NCBI GenBank assembly: GCA_951406725.2
Contig: OX597816.1
Span: 172,670,001 to 172,734,000 of the forward strand
Direction: 5' to 3'
DNA from: Octopus vulgaris
Lineage: Eukaryota
Length of the DNA stretch: 64,000 nt
In this document: positions 26,313-39,373 of the stretch, one piece after another
Layout: each line of letters starts with the position of its first letter
Position numbering within the stretch: the first letter of the stretch is position 1
Translations under genes and position numbers: made by a program
The notes under the pieces: model-generated
The model's input: the letters and a program-made list of their open reading frames with translations, nothing else
Database searches by the model: none
Told to the model about the DNA's origin: nothing

Positions 26313-28008
26313 GATGTGGTGGTTCGGTGATGTAGTGGTTCGGTGATGTGGTGGTTCGGTGATGTGGTGGTTCGGTGATGTAGTGGTTCGGTGATGTGGT
26401 GGTTCGGTGATGTGGTGGTTCGGTGATGTAGTAGTTCGGTGATGTGGTGGTTCGGTGATGTAGTGGTTCGGTGATGTGGTAGTTCGGTGATGTAGTAGTT
26501 CGGTGATGTAGTGGTTCGGTGATGTGGTAGTTCGGTGATGTGGTGGTTCGGTGATGTGGTAGTTCGGTGATGTGGTAGTTCGGTGATGTAGTGGTTCGGT
26601 GATGTAGTAGTTCGGTGATGTAGTGGTTCGGTGATGTAGTAGTTCGGTGATGTAGTGGTTCGGTGATGTGGTAGTTCGGTGATGTGGTAGTTCGGTGATG
26701 TAGTGGTTCGGTGATGTGGTAGTTCGGTGATGTAGTAGTTCGGTGATGTAGTGGTTCGGTGATGTGGTAGTTCGGTGATGTAGTGGTTCGGTGATGTGGT
26801 GGTTCGGTGATGTGGTGGTTCGGTGATATAGTGGTTCGGTGATGTGGTGGTTCGGTGATGTAGTAGTTCGGTGATGTGGTAGTTCGGTGATGTAGTGGTT
26901 CGGTGATGTGGTAGTTCGGTGATGTAGTAGTTCGGTGATGTAGTGGTTCGGTGATGTAGTAGTTCGGTGATGTAGTAGTTCGGTGATGTGGTGGTTCGGT
27001 GATGTAGTAGTTCGGTGATGTGGTAGTTCGGTGATGTAGTGGTTCGGTGATGTGGTAGTTCGGTGATGTAGTAGTTCGGTGATGTGGTGGTTCGGTGATG
27101 TGGTAGTTCGGTGATGTAGTGGTTCGGTGATGTGGTGGTTCGGTGATGTGGTGGTTCGGTGATGTAGTGGTTCGGTGATGTGGTGGTTCGGTGATGTGGT
27201 GGTTCGGTGATGTAGTAGTTCGGTGATGTGGTGGTTCGGTGATGTGGTAGTTCGGTGATGTAGTGGTTCGGTGATGTGGTGGTTCGGTGATGTGGTAGTT
27301 CGGTGATGTGGTGGTTCGGTGATGTGGTGGTTCGGTGATGTGGTGGTTCGGTGATGTAGTGGTTCGGTGATGTGGTGGTTCGGTGATGTGGTAGTTCGGT
27401 GATGTAGTGGTTCGGTGATGTGGTAGTTCGGTGATGTGGTGGTTCGGTGATGTAGTAGTTCGGTGATGTGGTGGTTCGGTGAAGTGGTGGTTCGGTGATG
27501 TAGTGGTTCGGTGATGTGGTGGTTCGGTGATGTAGTAGTTCGGTGATGTGGTGGTTCGGTGATGTGGTAGTTCGGTGATGTAGTGGTTCGGTGATGTGGT
27601 AGTTCGGTGATGTAGTGGTTCGGTGATGTGGTGGTTCGGTGATGTAGTAGTTCGGTGGTGTGGTGGTTCGGTGATGTGGTGGTTCGGTGATGTGGTGGTT
27701 CGGTGATGTGGTGGTTCGGTGATGTAGTGGTTCGGTGATGTGGTGGTTCGGTGATGTGGTGGTTCGGTGATGTGGTGGTTCGGTGGTGTGGTGGTTCGGT
27801 GGTGTAGTGGTTCGGTGATGTGGTGGTTCGGTGATGTGGTGGTTCGGTGATGTGGTGGTTCGGTGATGTAGTGGTTCGGTGATGTGGTGGTTCGGTGATG
27901 TGGTGGTTCGGTGATGTGGTGGTTCGGTGATGTGGTGGTTCGGTGGTGTGGTGGTTCGGTGATGTAGTGGTTCGGTGATGTGGTGGTTCGGTGATGTGGT
28001 GGTTTGGT
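26313..28008. repeat. 16-bp minisatellite GATGT[G/A]GT[G/A]GTTCGGT, 106 copies
   Basis: Phase is conserved across 1696 bp (=106 x 16). Confidence 0.95.
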
Positions 28009-29140
28009 GATGATGTGGTGGAAGACGTGTGGCGGTGTTGGGTAGGGGTGACTAGCTAGCGATAGTACTCTTGGTGGTGTGATGTTGATGGTATCGTGGA
28101 GGTGGAGTGGCGATCAATTACTAATATTTTTTTATGTTGTGGTAAATATGAAGGTGTTGCTGTGTTGCTGCTGACGTAGCTGCCTCTGCTGCTGCTGTTG
28201 TTGTTGTTGTTGGTGTTGTTGTTATTGACGATGATGATGATGATGATGACGATGATCATCATTATCAGCGGCAGCAGAAATCAAAGGAGATGAGAGAAAT
28301 CGGTTGATGAGAAGATATTGAATAAGCAAATTTCAAAGGTTTATGCGTGGTGTTGGCGGTGGGTGATGGTAGTGATGATGGTGGTGGTGGTGGTGGTGGT
28401 CGTGGTAGTGGTAGGCTGTGAATACGATAGTGTAGGTTTAGGGATTCAAAGCCAGATCGAAAGAATATTGCAAAGGTGGTGGTGGTGGGTGGGGTGGGTG
28501 GAAGAGAGGAGAACAACAGAGATCATAACAAAAATAGGAGAGGGGTGGGTGTTGGGGTGTAATGGTAGAAAGTGGGAGAGAATGAGCAAGGTGGAGTTGG
28601 GGATTAGTATTGAAATAGAAGAGGGAGGAGGAGGGGTCGGAATGAGAAATGTTAAGGTGCTTGGGGGTAGAGGGGAGAGCGAAGAAAATATAGGAGAAAA
28701 ACAAATAAAGAATGGAGCGAGTTTGTGTATGAATGACAGAGGGAGGGGGAGGGGGAGATTTGAGGAAGAGAAAGAGAAAGCGATTGAAGTTGTGAAGGAA
28801 GAAAGAAGGAAACTAAGAGGTCTCGGAAGCATAAATGAGAAAGGTAGGAGAGAGAGAGAGAGAGAGAGTGAAAGAGAAGGTGGAGAGAGGGAGAGGAGGA
28901 GAGAAAGAGATGGGAAAGAATAATAGTCAGATAATAGAGAAGTCTTTGGAGGGGGAGGGAATAAGTGTGGGTATGATTTCTACACACGCACAGACACACA
29001 TATTTACATACACACTCATATACACTCATATAATATATATATATATACACACTCATATAATATGTATGTATGTATGATTGTATGTATGTATGTATCTATC
29101 TATCTATCTATCTATGTATCTATCTATCTATCTATATCTG

Positions 29141-29209
<69 letters not shown>

Positions 29210-29980
29210 TCTAACACACACACACACTCACACACGTGTGTGAAGGTGTGTTTATGTGGTAGAATGTAAGGAGTAAATAAAAAGAAAGATGAGTTGAAAG
29301 AGAGAGCGAGAGAGAGAGAGAGGCAGACAGACAAGCAGAGTAGTGAGAAGGAAAGACATAAAGAGAGAGAGAGAAGAGTAAAGAGATAAAGAGTATCAAA
29401 TGCGTATTAATTTCAATGAAATCCCGCCTACTTTGGTATAGCCAGAAGTGGGGGCGTGTCCTGCAGAAGGGATAAGCCAATGAAAAACGGTATATCTAGT
29501 TTGCAGTGACTAATCAGAAATTTTCTTTTCTGTTGCTGGCCCAAAATATCCAGCCTCGAACGCGATTACAGCCACAACCAAAATTATAATCACTACCACT
29601 TATTAAACCATCCATTTACTAACACCAACACCATCGGTAGCAATGTGCATACATACATACATACATACATACATACATACATACATACATACATTCATTC
29701 ATGCGCTCATTTACTTTACATCAACTATAGACGCAAACGAACACATGTGCATATACACGAAACGTACACACGCACACACACACACACATTCACATACATA
29801 TACACACACACGGACTCTCTCTCTCTCTCTCTCTGCTTTTCTCCCTCTCTTTCTCTCTCTCCTTTTTTCTCTCTCTCTCCCTCTTTCTCTCCCTCTGTCT
29901 CCCCCCCCCCCACACACATACACGCAAGCGACAAATTCAGAGTAGTAAAGGATAGATTTATCAACTTATCAGTTTGTGTG

Positions 29981-30050
<70 letters not shown>

Positions 30051-30495
30051 TGTGCTAACTTGTGCATTTGTGTGCGGTTGACACACAGAGACAGAAAGAG
30101 AGAAAGAGAGAGCATGAGAGAGTGAGTGAGACAGACAGACAAACAGACAGACAGTGACAGACAGTGATGGACAGACAAACAGACACACAGACATACAGAC
30201 AAACATTCCAACATATCTGCGAGTCAACCAGAATGCTTCAAAGTGATAATTTTACCAATTAGAAATAGTAGCCAAATCGCTTTCAAATCGAACTTTCTCG
30301 ACTTGAAATAAGAAAAAAAAAAATTAAATTAAAATAAAAATATAGGATAGATGCCGGATAATGTGCCTTAGACACATATGTAGAAAACAGTTGAGGTGGC
30401 TACGTTTGGAATGTCTTTGATCATAGGTGCGCTTAATTTGAACTTCACAGAAACAGCTTACTGTTGAGAAATCTTAAGAGTGAGAAATCCACATA

Positions 30496-30846
30496 GGCGC
30501 AGGAGTGGCTGTGTGGTAAGTAGCTTGCTAACCAACCACATGGTTCCGGGTTCAGTCCCACTGCGTGGCATCTTGGGCAAGTGTCTTCTGCTATAGCCCC
30601 GTGCTGACCAATGCCTTGTGAGTGGATTTGGTAGACGGAAACTGAAAGAAGCCTGTCGTATATATGTATATATGTATATATATGTGTGTGTGCGTTTGTG
30701 TGTCTATGTTTGTCCCCCTAGCATTGCTTGACAACCGATGCTGGTCACTTAGCGGTTCGGCAAAAGAGACCGATAGAATAAGTACTGGGCTTACAAAGTA
30801 TAAGTCCTGGGGTCGATTTGCTGGGGGTCGATAAAAGAGAAAAGAG
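30496..30846 (+). mobile_element. SINE family A with internal and 3' deletions
   Basis: Intact head GGCGCAGGAGTGGCTGTGTGG; lacks GTGTTTACGTCCCC and most of the tail. Confidence 0.85.
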
Positions 30847-31311
30847 TATGTGTATATACGCATATGCATGTGTACACCTAAGTGAATATATGGTTGCACC
30901 TATGGATGTATATGTGTCAATTTATACATGCATATTTGTGTATGTCCCCTGTAGAAGCGGGGACGGTCAGATTCAGAAGTTGTATCGAAGTTCACTTCTC
31001 GACGTCACTGTCACACGTTCAATCCCATATTGTGGAATTCGGCTTTTTGTCTTTCTTCTAATTAAAGCTCCCAGATCGTCCGAAACCTTTGGATAGAGTG
31101 AAACTGTGTGGAAGCCCTTGATAATGATTGTTCCTGTAATTGTTACGAGATGGCTGTCCTCATGCAGCAACCATTAAGGCACTCCTGTCCCTCACATCTC
31201 AGCACCCGGATGCACCCAGCTACCTTCTGCGCCTACCATTATACCCAATCCTTCAGTCCCGCTCACTGGGATCTCGTCCACGCACATATCTTCACTACAG
31301 CTATTGATCTA

Positions 31312-31561
31312 CGAATTCAGAACGTAATGACAGGCGAAATACCTATTTCTTTATTACCCACAAGGGTACAAAAAAGGACAGACAAACCGATTAAGTCGAT
31401 TATATCGACCCCAGTGCGTAACTGGTACTTAATTTATCGACCCCCGAAAGGATGAAAGGCAAATTCGACCTCGGCGGAATTTGAACTCAGAACATAGCGA
31501 CAGACGAAATACTGCTAAGCATTTCGCCCGACGTGCTAACGTTTCTGCCAGCTCGCCGCCT
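31312..31561 (-). mobile_element. SINE family C copy
   Basis: Minus-strand head GGCGGCGAGCTGGCAGAAACGTTAGC and B box GTTCAAATTCC. Confidence 0.85.
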
Positions 31562-31569
31562 TAATAATG

Positions 31570-31699
<130 letters not shown>

Positions 31700-31935
31700 T
31701 CCTGATGCAGTACCAGGCAGTGGCTCTCATGGCTTCTGATCTTAACTGATTGGAAGTGTTATCATGTACATTGTTTTGTCTTGGTATAAAAGATGGGCTA
31801 CAGCAAATATTCTGCTCAATACCACAGATTTGCTTGTCAGTTGTTTGACCATAACCAGTTGAGCATGTCCCTTAGTGGCTGACGATATGTGCATCTCTGA
31901 TCACGAGCAGAAGTAGTGGGGGAGCATCATAGCCA

Positions 31936-32480
31936 TCCCCTCTTGCCATTTTCGCAACTTTCACCCACCTTCCAATAAACTCACTCGAGGACAGCTCTTC
32001 CTTCTCCACTCTCAATTTCCACTTAAAGTGAAACTTGAAGAAGTCAACGAGAGCTCTACCAAAGAGGAATGTATCTGTCCTCATACCTTTCAGCCCCGTC
32101 CACCAAACAACCTCTTTCACCATAGCCACCAGGCAAAGGAATATTGCTTTGCCTGTCTGATCGAAGGAAGGGGCGGTGCGGTCATCACTACAGACTTGAC
32201 AGTCAGTCCTACACCTGAGAGCAGCTGTTCGACATAACCCCATAAGTCAGCAATGTCCGGACACTGAACGAGGGCGTGCAAGAACGGTTTCGTCACTCTG
32301 CGCGCACCTCAGACAAGCCCGTCTGACCGCATATCCGTGCCTGTAGAGTTTATCTCCAACCGGTAGCGCACCTCGGTAGCACTGCCAGGCCAAGGACATC
32401 AGGAAATTAGCCATGATAGTTCCCGAGCGGAAAGTCGTCCGGAGTTGTCTAGCCAGTTCGTTCACGTTGGCGCCCAGATA
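31936..32480 (-). mobile_element. Tx1/L1-like LINE ORF2 C-terminal fragment
   Basis: SLAWQCYRGALPVGDKLYRHG...ACLRCAQSDETV (zf-RVT-like CxxC region), then LVAMVKEVVWW...FFKFH...RWVKVA; frameshifted. Confidence 0.7.
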
Positions 32481-32491
32481 GTAATAATAAA

Positions 32492-33048
32492 CTTTTCTAC
32501 TATAGGCACAAGGCCTGAAATCTTGGGGGAGGGGGCAGTCGATTACATCAACCCCAGTACGCAACTGGTACTTAATTTATCGACCCGCGAAAGGATGAAA
32601 TGCAGAACTCAGAACGTAGCGGCAGACGAAATACCTATTTCTTTACTACCCACAAGAGGCTAAACACAGAGGGGACAAACAAGGATAGACAAACGGATTA
32701 AGTTGATTATATCGACCCCAGTGCGTAACTGGTACTTAATTTATCGACCCCGAAAGGATGAAAGGCAAAGTCGATCTCGGCGGAATTTGAACTCAGAACG
32801 TAACGGCAGACGAAATACCTATTTCTTTACTACCCACAAGGGGCTAAACACAGAGAGGACAAACAAGGACAGACAAACAGATTAAGTCGATTATATCAAC
32901 TCCAGTGCGTAACTGGTACTTATTTAATCGACCCCGAAAGGATGAAAGGCAAAGTCGACCTCGGCGGAATTTGAACTCAAAACGTGTAGACAGACGAAAT
33001 ACTGCTAAGCATTTCGCCCGGCGTGCCAACGTTTCTGCCACCTCGCCA
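32492..33048 (-). mobile_element. SINE family C with internal tandem unit of about 184 bp (concatemer)
   Basis: One head at about 33047 followed by three bodies; GAAATACCTATTTCTTTACTACCCACAAG recurs at about 32628 and 32812. Confidence 0.8.
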
Positions 33049-33050
33049 TT

Positions 33051-33148
<98 letters not shown>

Positions 33149-33287
33149 CTAGTACAACACAAAAAACAACCAAATATATGGCACACTAGGCATAACAACA
33201 ACGTGAACTTCCAATCTGTTGTCTCTTGGGGTCTCTGGGTGAGACTTGGAGCCAACTTGCACAAATATAAAGCAAAAGTCAAACATA

Positions 33288-33356
<69 letters not shown>

Positions 33357-33410
33357 TAATAATAATAATAATAATAATAATGATGATGATGATGATGATA
33401 ACATTGATGA

Positions 33411-34305
33411 TTTCTTTTTTAACCACAAGAGTTTACATTAAAGAAAACATTATGGACAATACAGGATAAAGCAAAAGAATGTGTGTATGTATGTATGTGT
33501 GTGTGTTTGAGTGTTGTGAGGGTTTTGCGTGTAAACAAGACCAACAGCATTTTTTAAATCAACAAAGAGAGGAGACTTCGAGGGCTGCTCATGGAAAAAC
33601 CCCATAAAAAGAACCATGGGTACCCTGACTTTTGGGGTGGGTGTCTTTTTTCCTTTCCTTTTCTCTTTTTCTCCAACTACATGCAGATGCTCAGGGCAAG
33701 CCCCTACACCCGCACCATTCTCACCACTTTCATCCACCTTTCAGCAAACTGGTTAGAAGACAACACTTCCCCCTCTACCCTTATTTTCATTTTCAAATGA
33801 AACTTGAAGAAGTTGATCGGGGATTTGCCAGAGAGAAAAGTGTTTGTTTTCAGCCCCTTCAATCTCGTCCTCCATACAACCTTCTTTCGCCACCAGGCAT
33901 ATAAACACAGCCTTGCGGCGGGGCGATCTTCACGATGGATTCAGTTGACAGCCAGATCCGTCCCATAGCAGGTGTTCGACATAAACCCACAGGTCAACAA
34001 TGCTCAGGCACGGGACGAGTGCATTGCAAGACCATTTCGTCGTCCTGCGCGCATCTCGGACATGCTTGGGTGATGGTACTTTCGTGCCTGTAAAGTTTCT
34101 CTCGAACAGGTAAGCTCCTCGGTAGCTCTGTCAGGTCAGAGATTTGGGGAAATTATCCTTCGATCCCAGGCCAAAAGTTCTCCTGTAAAAGGCGGCTAAC
34201 TGATTTCCTTCGACACCCAAGGGTCTCCCCAAGAATGTCGTCGCACTTTTTATAGAGGATTAGTCTCCTCCAATCCTCTATAAAAAGCTTAATTGGACGC
34301 GCCAG
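33411..34305 (-). mobile_element. Tx1/L1-like LINE 3' fragment including 3' UTR
   Basis: Homologous to 31936-32480 (e.g. GAAACTTGAAGAAGT and TGTTCGACATAA); ends against an ATC/ATT microsatellite. Confidence 0.7.
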
Positions 34306-34968
34306 TAATAATGATGATGATGATTCTTATTTTACTGTTGGCAGAAGGCCTGAAATTTTTCGAAAAAGGAGGCTAATCGATTACATCGAACCCCAATGCT
34401 TACTGGTAATTTTATTGATCCCGAAAGAATAAAAAGTGAATACTTGGGCGGGTCATATTTAACCATAAATCCTCTAGACATTTGTCAACTTGGCTGACCC
34501 TCTATAAAGACAGACATATTAGATGGCTTCGATGAACGTCTTCTCCTCCTCCTCCTCCACCACCACCACCACCACCACCACCACCTCCTCCTCCCCTCCC
34601 CCTCCCATCCCCCTCCCCCCCCTCCTCCCCTCCCCTCCTCCCCTCCTCCTCCTCCTCCTCCTCCTCCTCCTCCTCCTCCTCCCCCTTCTTTTTCTCAATA
34701 ACTTTCTTTAGTCTTGACCACCGACTTATCTAACTCCACACATCCTTCCAGTAAAATGCTGAAGCCCCTAAATCCGCGGTTCTCAACCAATTTTTTTTTT
34801 TTTGCATATGGACCCCTTTGATTCCTATTTTACTCAACTGGACCCCCATCGCAGCTAATTCAATGTTTTAAAAAAATTCCCCTTTTTTTTCTGAAAATCA
34901 ATTATAATTAGGAATTGTATAAAAATAATTGTCAAAATATGCTGCGCATTGCATCAGTTTATTTCTCA

Positions 34969-35410
34969 TACTCTTTTACTCTTTTACTCTTTTACTCTTT
35001 TACTTGTTTCAGTCATTTGACTGTGGCCATGCTGGAGCACCGCCTTTAGTCGAGCAAATCGCCCCCAGGACTTATTCTTTGTAAGCCTAGTACTTTTTCT
35101 ATCGGTCTCTTTTGCCGAACCACTAGGTTACGGGGACGTAAACACACCAGCACCGGTTGTCAAGCGATGTTGGGGGGGTGGGTGGACAAATACAGACACA
35201 CAAACATATACACACGCATACATATATATATATATATACATATATACGACGGGCTTCTTTTAGTTTCCGTCTACCAAATCCACTTACAAGGCTTTGGTCG
35301 GCCCGAGGCTATAGTAGAAGACACTTGCCCAAAGTGCCCTGCAATGGGACTGAACCCAGAACCATGTGGTTGGTAAGCAAGCTACTTACCACACAGCCAC
35401 TCCTGCGCCT
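34969..35410 (-). mobile_element. SINE family A, full length
   Basis: (TACTCTTT)n tail through to head ...CACTCCTGCGCC. Confidence 0.9.
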
Positions 35411-35831
35411 TATTGCACATAAATTTTAAAAACAAAATCTTACATAGGCTCCCAACGACCATATCAGTTACTTGTTTCAGTCATTTGACTGCGGCCATGC
35501 TGGAGCACCACCTTTCGTCCATATGCAAAATAGTCTGGCCACTATTTCCAGGTGCCAGAAAGGCTAATATAATTACTTTATATTGGCTTTATTTAATTTT
35601 GATCTTTTACTCGTTTCAATCACTGGACTTCGGCCGTACATGAGGCACCACCCTAAATGGGTTTTAATCGAACAAATCGACCCCCAGGACATATTTTTAC
35701 AGTCTGGTACCTATTCTATTGGTCTCTTTGGCCGAACCATTCGTTACACACACGTATACACGAACACACACATACACACACACACACAAACACGCACACA
35801 CGCACACACAAACGCATGCGCACGCGCTATA

Positions 35832-36250
35832 TACTCTTTACTCTTTTACTCTTTTACTTGTTTCAGTCATTTGACAGCGGCCATGCTGGAGCACCGCCTT
35901 TAGTCGAGCAAATCGACCCCGGGACTTATTTTTTGTAAGCCCAGTACTTATTCTATCGATCTATTTTGTCGAACCGCTAAGTGACGGGGACGTAAACACA
36001 CCAGCATCGGTTGTCAAGCAATGCTAGGGGGACAAACACAGGCACACAAACGCACACACACATACATATATATATATACATATATACGACAGGCTTCTTT
36101 CAGTTTCCGTCAACCAAATCCACTCACAAGGCATTGGTCGGCCCGGGGCTATAGCAGAAGACACTTGCCCGAGATGCTACGCAGTGGGACTGAACCCGGA
36201 ACCATGTGGTTGGTTAGCAAGCTACTTACCACACAGCCACTCCTGCGCCT
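35832..36250 (-). mobile_element. SINE family A, full length
   Basis: Same tail, core and head as 34969-35410. Confidence 0.9.
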
Positions 36251-36321
36251 ATATATATATTTAACTTTAAGAGTCCCTCCTAGCGTGTGGCATTTATGTA
36301 TAGTAATGCCCTCTATATAAT

Positions 36322-36384
<63 letters not shown>

Positions 36385-36389
<5 letters not shown>

Positions 36390-36696
36390 GCTACTGATGT
36401 GCTCTCTCAACGAGATCATCAGAAAGAAGTCCGGCGTGAAAGATGTCATCGCAGAGTATACACGCAGCAAGTTTAGATGGGCTGGACACGTCGCCTGGCT
36501 CACCGATTATCGGTGGACCCACGCAGTTGTCGAGTGGTACCCGCGCGAGCGGAAAAGACCACCCGGAAGACCTCCACGACGGTGGAGTTACGATTTCAGG
36601 AGGACGATTGGGATCACGCGGATGAGAAAGACGCGATCCAGAGAAGAGTGGACAGCGTGCTGTGACCAGCAGTGTCAAATGGACGCCTGACGGACT
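36385..36696 (+). mobile_element. Second RTE-clade LINE fragment
   Basis: Highly similar to 662-973; reads WAGHVAW...KRPPGRPPRRW; lacks the tandem tail. Confidence 0.85.
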
Positions 36697-36879
36697 CATT
36701 TCTATTCCCTTTTCTGAGGCCCTGCAAGTAACATATTAACCCTTTTCTTTTAACTGAGCTGTACAAAAACACTCTAACATCCTGAGTTGAAACCCCCGCC
36801 TCGATTAACCTTAGCTTCTCGCGTTTCTCTGTGTCATAAAATGAAGAGCTAGAGGTGTGTTACGGTGAATATGATCATT

Positions 36880-37050
36880 TACATTTATCGGCATTTTCTC
36901 CGTCTTTACGTTGTGAGTTCAAATTCCACCAAGGTTGACTTTTCCTTTCATCCTTTCAAAGGTCGATTAAATAAGTACCAGTTATGTACTGGAGTCAATT
37001 TAATCAACGTATCCGAACTTGCTGGCCTTGTGTCAAAATTTGAAACCAAT
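36880..37050 (+). mobile_element. SINE family C, degenerate
   Basis: GAGTTCAAATTCCACCAAGGTTGACTTTTCCTTTCATCCTTTC. Confidence 0.7.
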
Positions 37051-37399
37051 ATAATCATATACATTCAATCCTCTCACAAAATATGTGTGGCCGTGTATGG
37101 CTTGTGTTGGGGGGTCCCTCAATGCCACAGATAAAAATATGACAGGAAATTGCGCAGAAATCTATCAAATCTGTGAATTTGGAATTCGAAATGTTTGGCT
37201 TGTAATATCTGAGTTCTTTGGTACATTTCATGGGTAATGGAGGATGTATCTGAGTTTCGAAACAGCAGTACTGCATTCAGTCATTCCATTGTCGGCTATT
37301 GCAGACACGCGTGACTGTAAGCTTGAGAAGCCACGCCCATTTCTTCAAACTGTGATAGTGGCGGTAAAGTGAGAATGGTTGAGAGATAGAAAGACAGAC

Positions 37400-37483
<84 letters not shown>

Positions 37484-37499
37484 ATCTGTAGACAGAATA

Positions 37500-37892
37500 G
37501 GCGCAGGAGTGGCTGTGTGGTAAGTAGCTTGCTAACCAACCACATGGTTCCGGGTTCAGTCCCACTGCGTGGCATCTTGGGCAAGTGTCTTCTGCTATAG
37601 CCTCGGGCTGACCAAAGCCTTGTGAGTGGATTTGGTAGACGGAAACTGAAAGAAGCCTGTCGTATATATATATATATATGTGTGTATGTGTCTGTTTTTG
37701 TCCCCCTAGCATTGCTTGATAACCGATGCTGGTGTGCTTACGTCCCCGTCACTTAGCGGTTCGGCAAAAAGAGACCGATAGAATAAGTACTGGGCTTACA
37801 AAGAATAAGTCGCGGGGTCGATTTGCTCGACTAAAGGTGGTGCTCCAGCATGGCCGCAGTCAAATGACTGAAACAAGTAAAAGAGTAAAGAG
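37500..37892 (+). mobile_element. SINE family A, full length
   Basis: Head, core and tail present; sits between (GA)n tracts. Confidence 0.9.
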
Positions 37893-38211
37893 AGAGAGAG
37901 AGTCAGACAGATAGAGAGGCATGGAGAAAAGGAGAGAGACACAAACTGAATCTGCGAATTACAGATATATCGATAGAGGGATCAACAAAAGAATCTGATT
38001 GGGAAGCGGTGACGTTCTTTCTTTTAAAATCGTGTTTTTCTTTCTTTTTTTTATGTTTTCTTTTATTTCCCTTTTGTGGTGCACAGATGCAAATGTGTTG
38101 ACACGTCTCCAGTATATTACGGTTAATAACTGGCGGTATTTCGGGTGGTTTGCATCCGGTTATCAATGCGTCTTGTCTTTACATCAAGAAATTATCTTGT
38201 ATTATAAGGAA

Positions 38212-38510
38212 CTAGCAGTATCGCCCGGCGTTGCTCGGGTTTGTAAGGGAAATGACTATATAAGCATTTTTAGAGAGTTACTTCCCGTATATAATAGCAA
38301 AAAAATGCATTAAAAATGGAAAAAAATGATGGTAAATTTTTTTTAAAATCGTAGACTCATCGTAGACGCGCGTTAATACCCAGAAGGGCTCGATATGAAT
38401 CACGACTATAAGATACCCGGTTTTGGTTAAACTGCACTGCAAAATGTGGGAGTAGTTAGGAATCTAAATCGTAGGAGACAGACACACGACTTCACTTTTA
38501 TATATAAAGA
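38212..38510 (-). mobile_element. Non-autonomous Helitron
   Basis: On the minus strand A|TC...CTAG|T, with hairpin CCCGAGCAACGCCGGG; the 3' 120 bp or so is shared with 6713-7095. Confidence 0.8.
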
Positions 38511-38522
38511 TTTCTGACAAAT

Positions 38523-38937
38523 GCACAGGCGTGGATATTTGGTAAGAATATTGCTCCCCATCCACATGGTTCCTGGTTTAGTCCCACTGCATGGGACCTT
38601 CGGTGAGTGCCTCCCACAGTAGCCTCAGGCTGACTAAAGCCTTATGAGTAGAATTGGTAGAAGGAAACTGAAAGAATCGCGTCGTATACGTATATGTGTG
38701 TGTGTGTATTTTTCTCTGTGTTTGTCCCCCCACCACCGTTTGACAATAGGTGTTGGTTTGTTTACGTTCCTGTAACTTTAGCAGTTCGACAACAGAGACC
38801 GATAGAATAAGCACCAGGTTTTAACCCCATCCCTCCCCTAAAAAACCCCATTAGGTCGATTCAGTCGACTAAAACTTCAAAGCTGTGCCCCAGCATGGCC
38901 ACAGAGTAATGACAGAAACAAATAAAAGAGAAAAGAT
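38523..38937 (+). mobile_element. SINE family A, older degenerate copy
   Basis: Diverged head, core and tail. Confidence 0.75.
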
Positions 38938-38967
38938 ATGCCGAAGGCCAGAAATAAGTGTGTGTGT

Positions 38968-39055
<88 letters not shown>

Positions 39056-39137
39056 AGAGTGAAGTAGGAGAGATGAATACCCTATTATTTGGATCCCAGG
39101 ACTATATTTTATCGACCCCAGAAGGAGGAAAGATATA

Positions 39138-39373
39138 CGGCTGGGAGCTGGCAGAAACGTTAGCACGCCGGGCGAAATGCGTAGCCGTATTTCGTTTGTC
39201 GTTACGTTCAGAGTTCAAATTCCGCCGAGGTCGACTTTGCCTTTCATCTTTTCGGGGTCGATTAAATAAGTACCAGTTACGCACGAGGGTCGATGTAATC
39301 GACTTAATCCGTTCGTCTGTCCTTGTTTGTCCCCTCTGTGTTTAGCCCCTTGTGGGGAGTAAAGAAATAGGTA
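39138..39373 (+). mobile_element. SINE family C copy
   Basis: GAGCTGGCAGAAACGTTAGCACGCCGGGCGAAATGC...GTTCAAATTCCGCCGAGGTCGAC. Confidence 0.85.

Noticed and set aside
26313-28008. CRISPR-like or coding interpretation of the 16-bp array
   Set aside because: No unique spacers, no cas genes and a eukaryotic context; the unit length is not a multiple of 3
28318-28923. 201-aa E/G/R-rich ORF
   Set aside because: Low-complexity purine-rich DNA with no domain or splice evidence
30945-31310. Possible restriction-like-endonuclease LINE remnant (minus-strand CLNGC)
   Set aside because: Too degraded to support without a profile search
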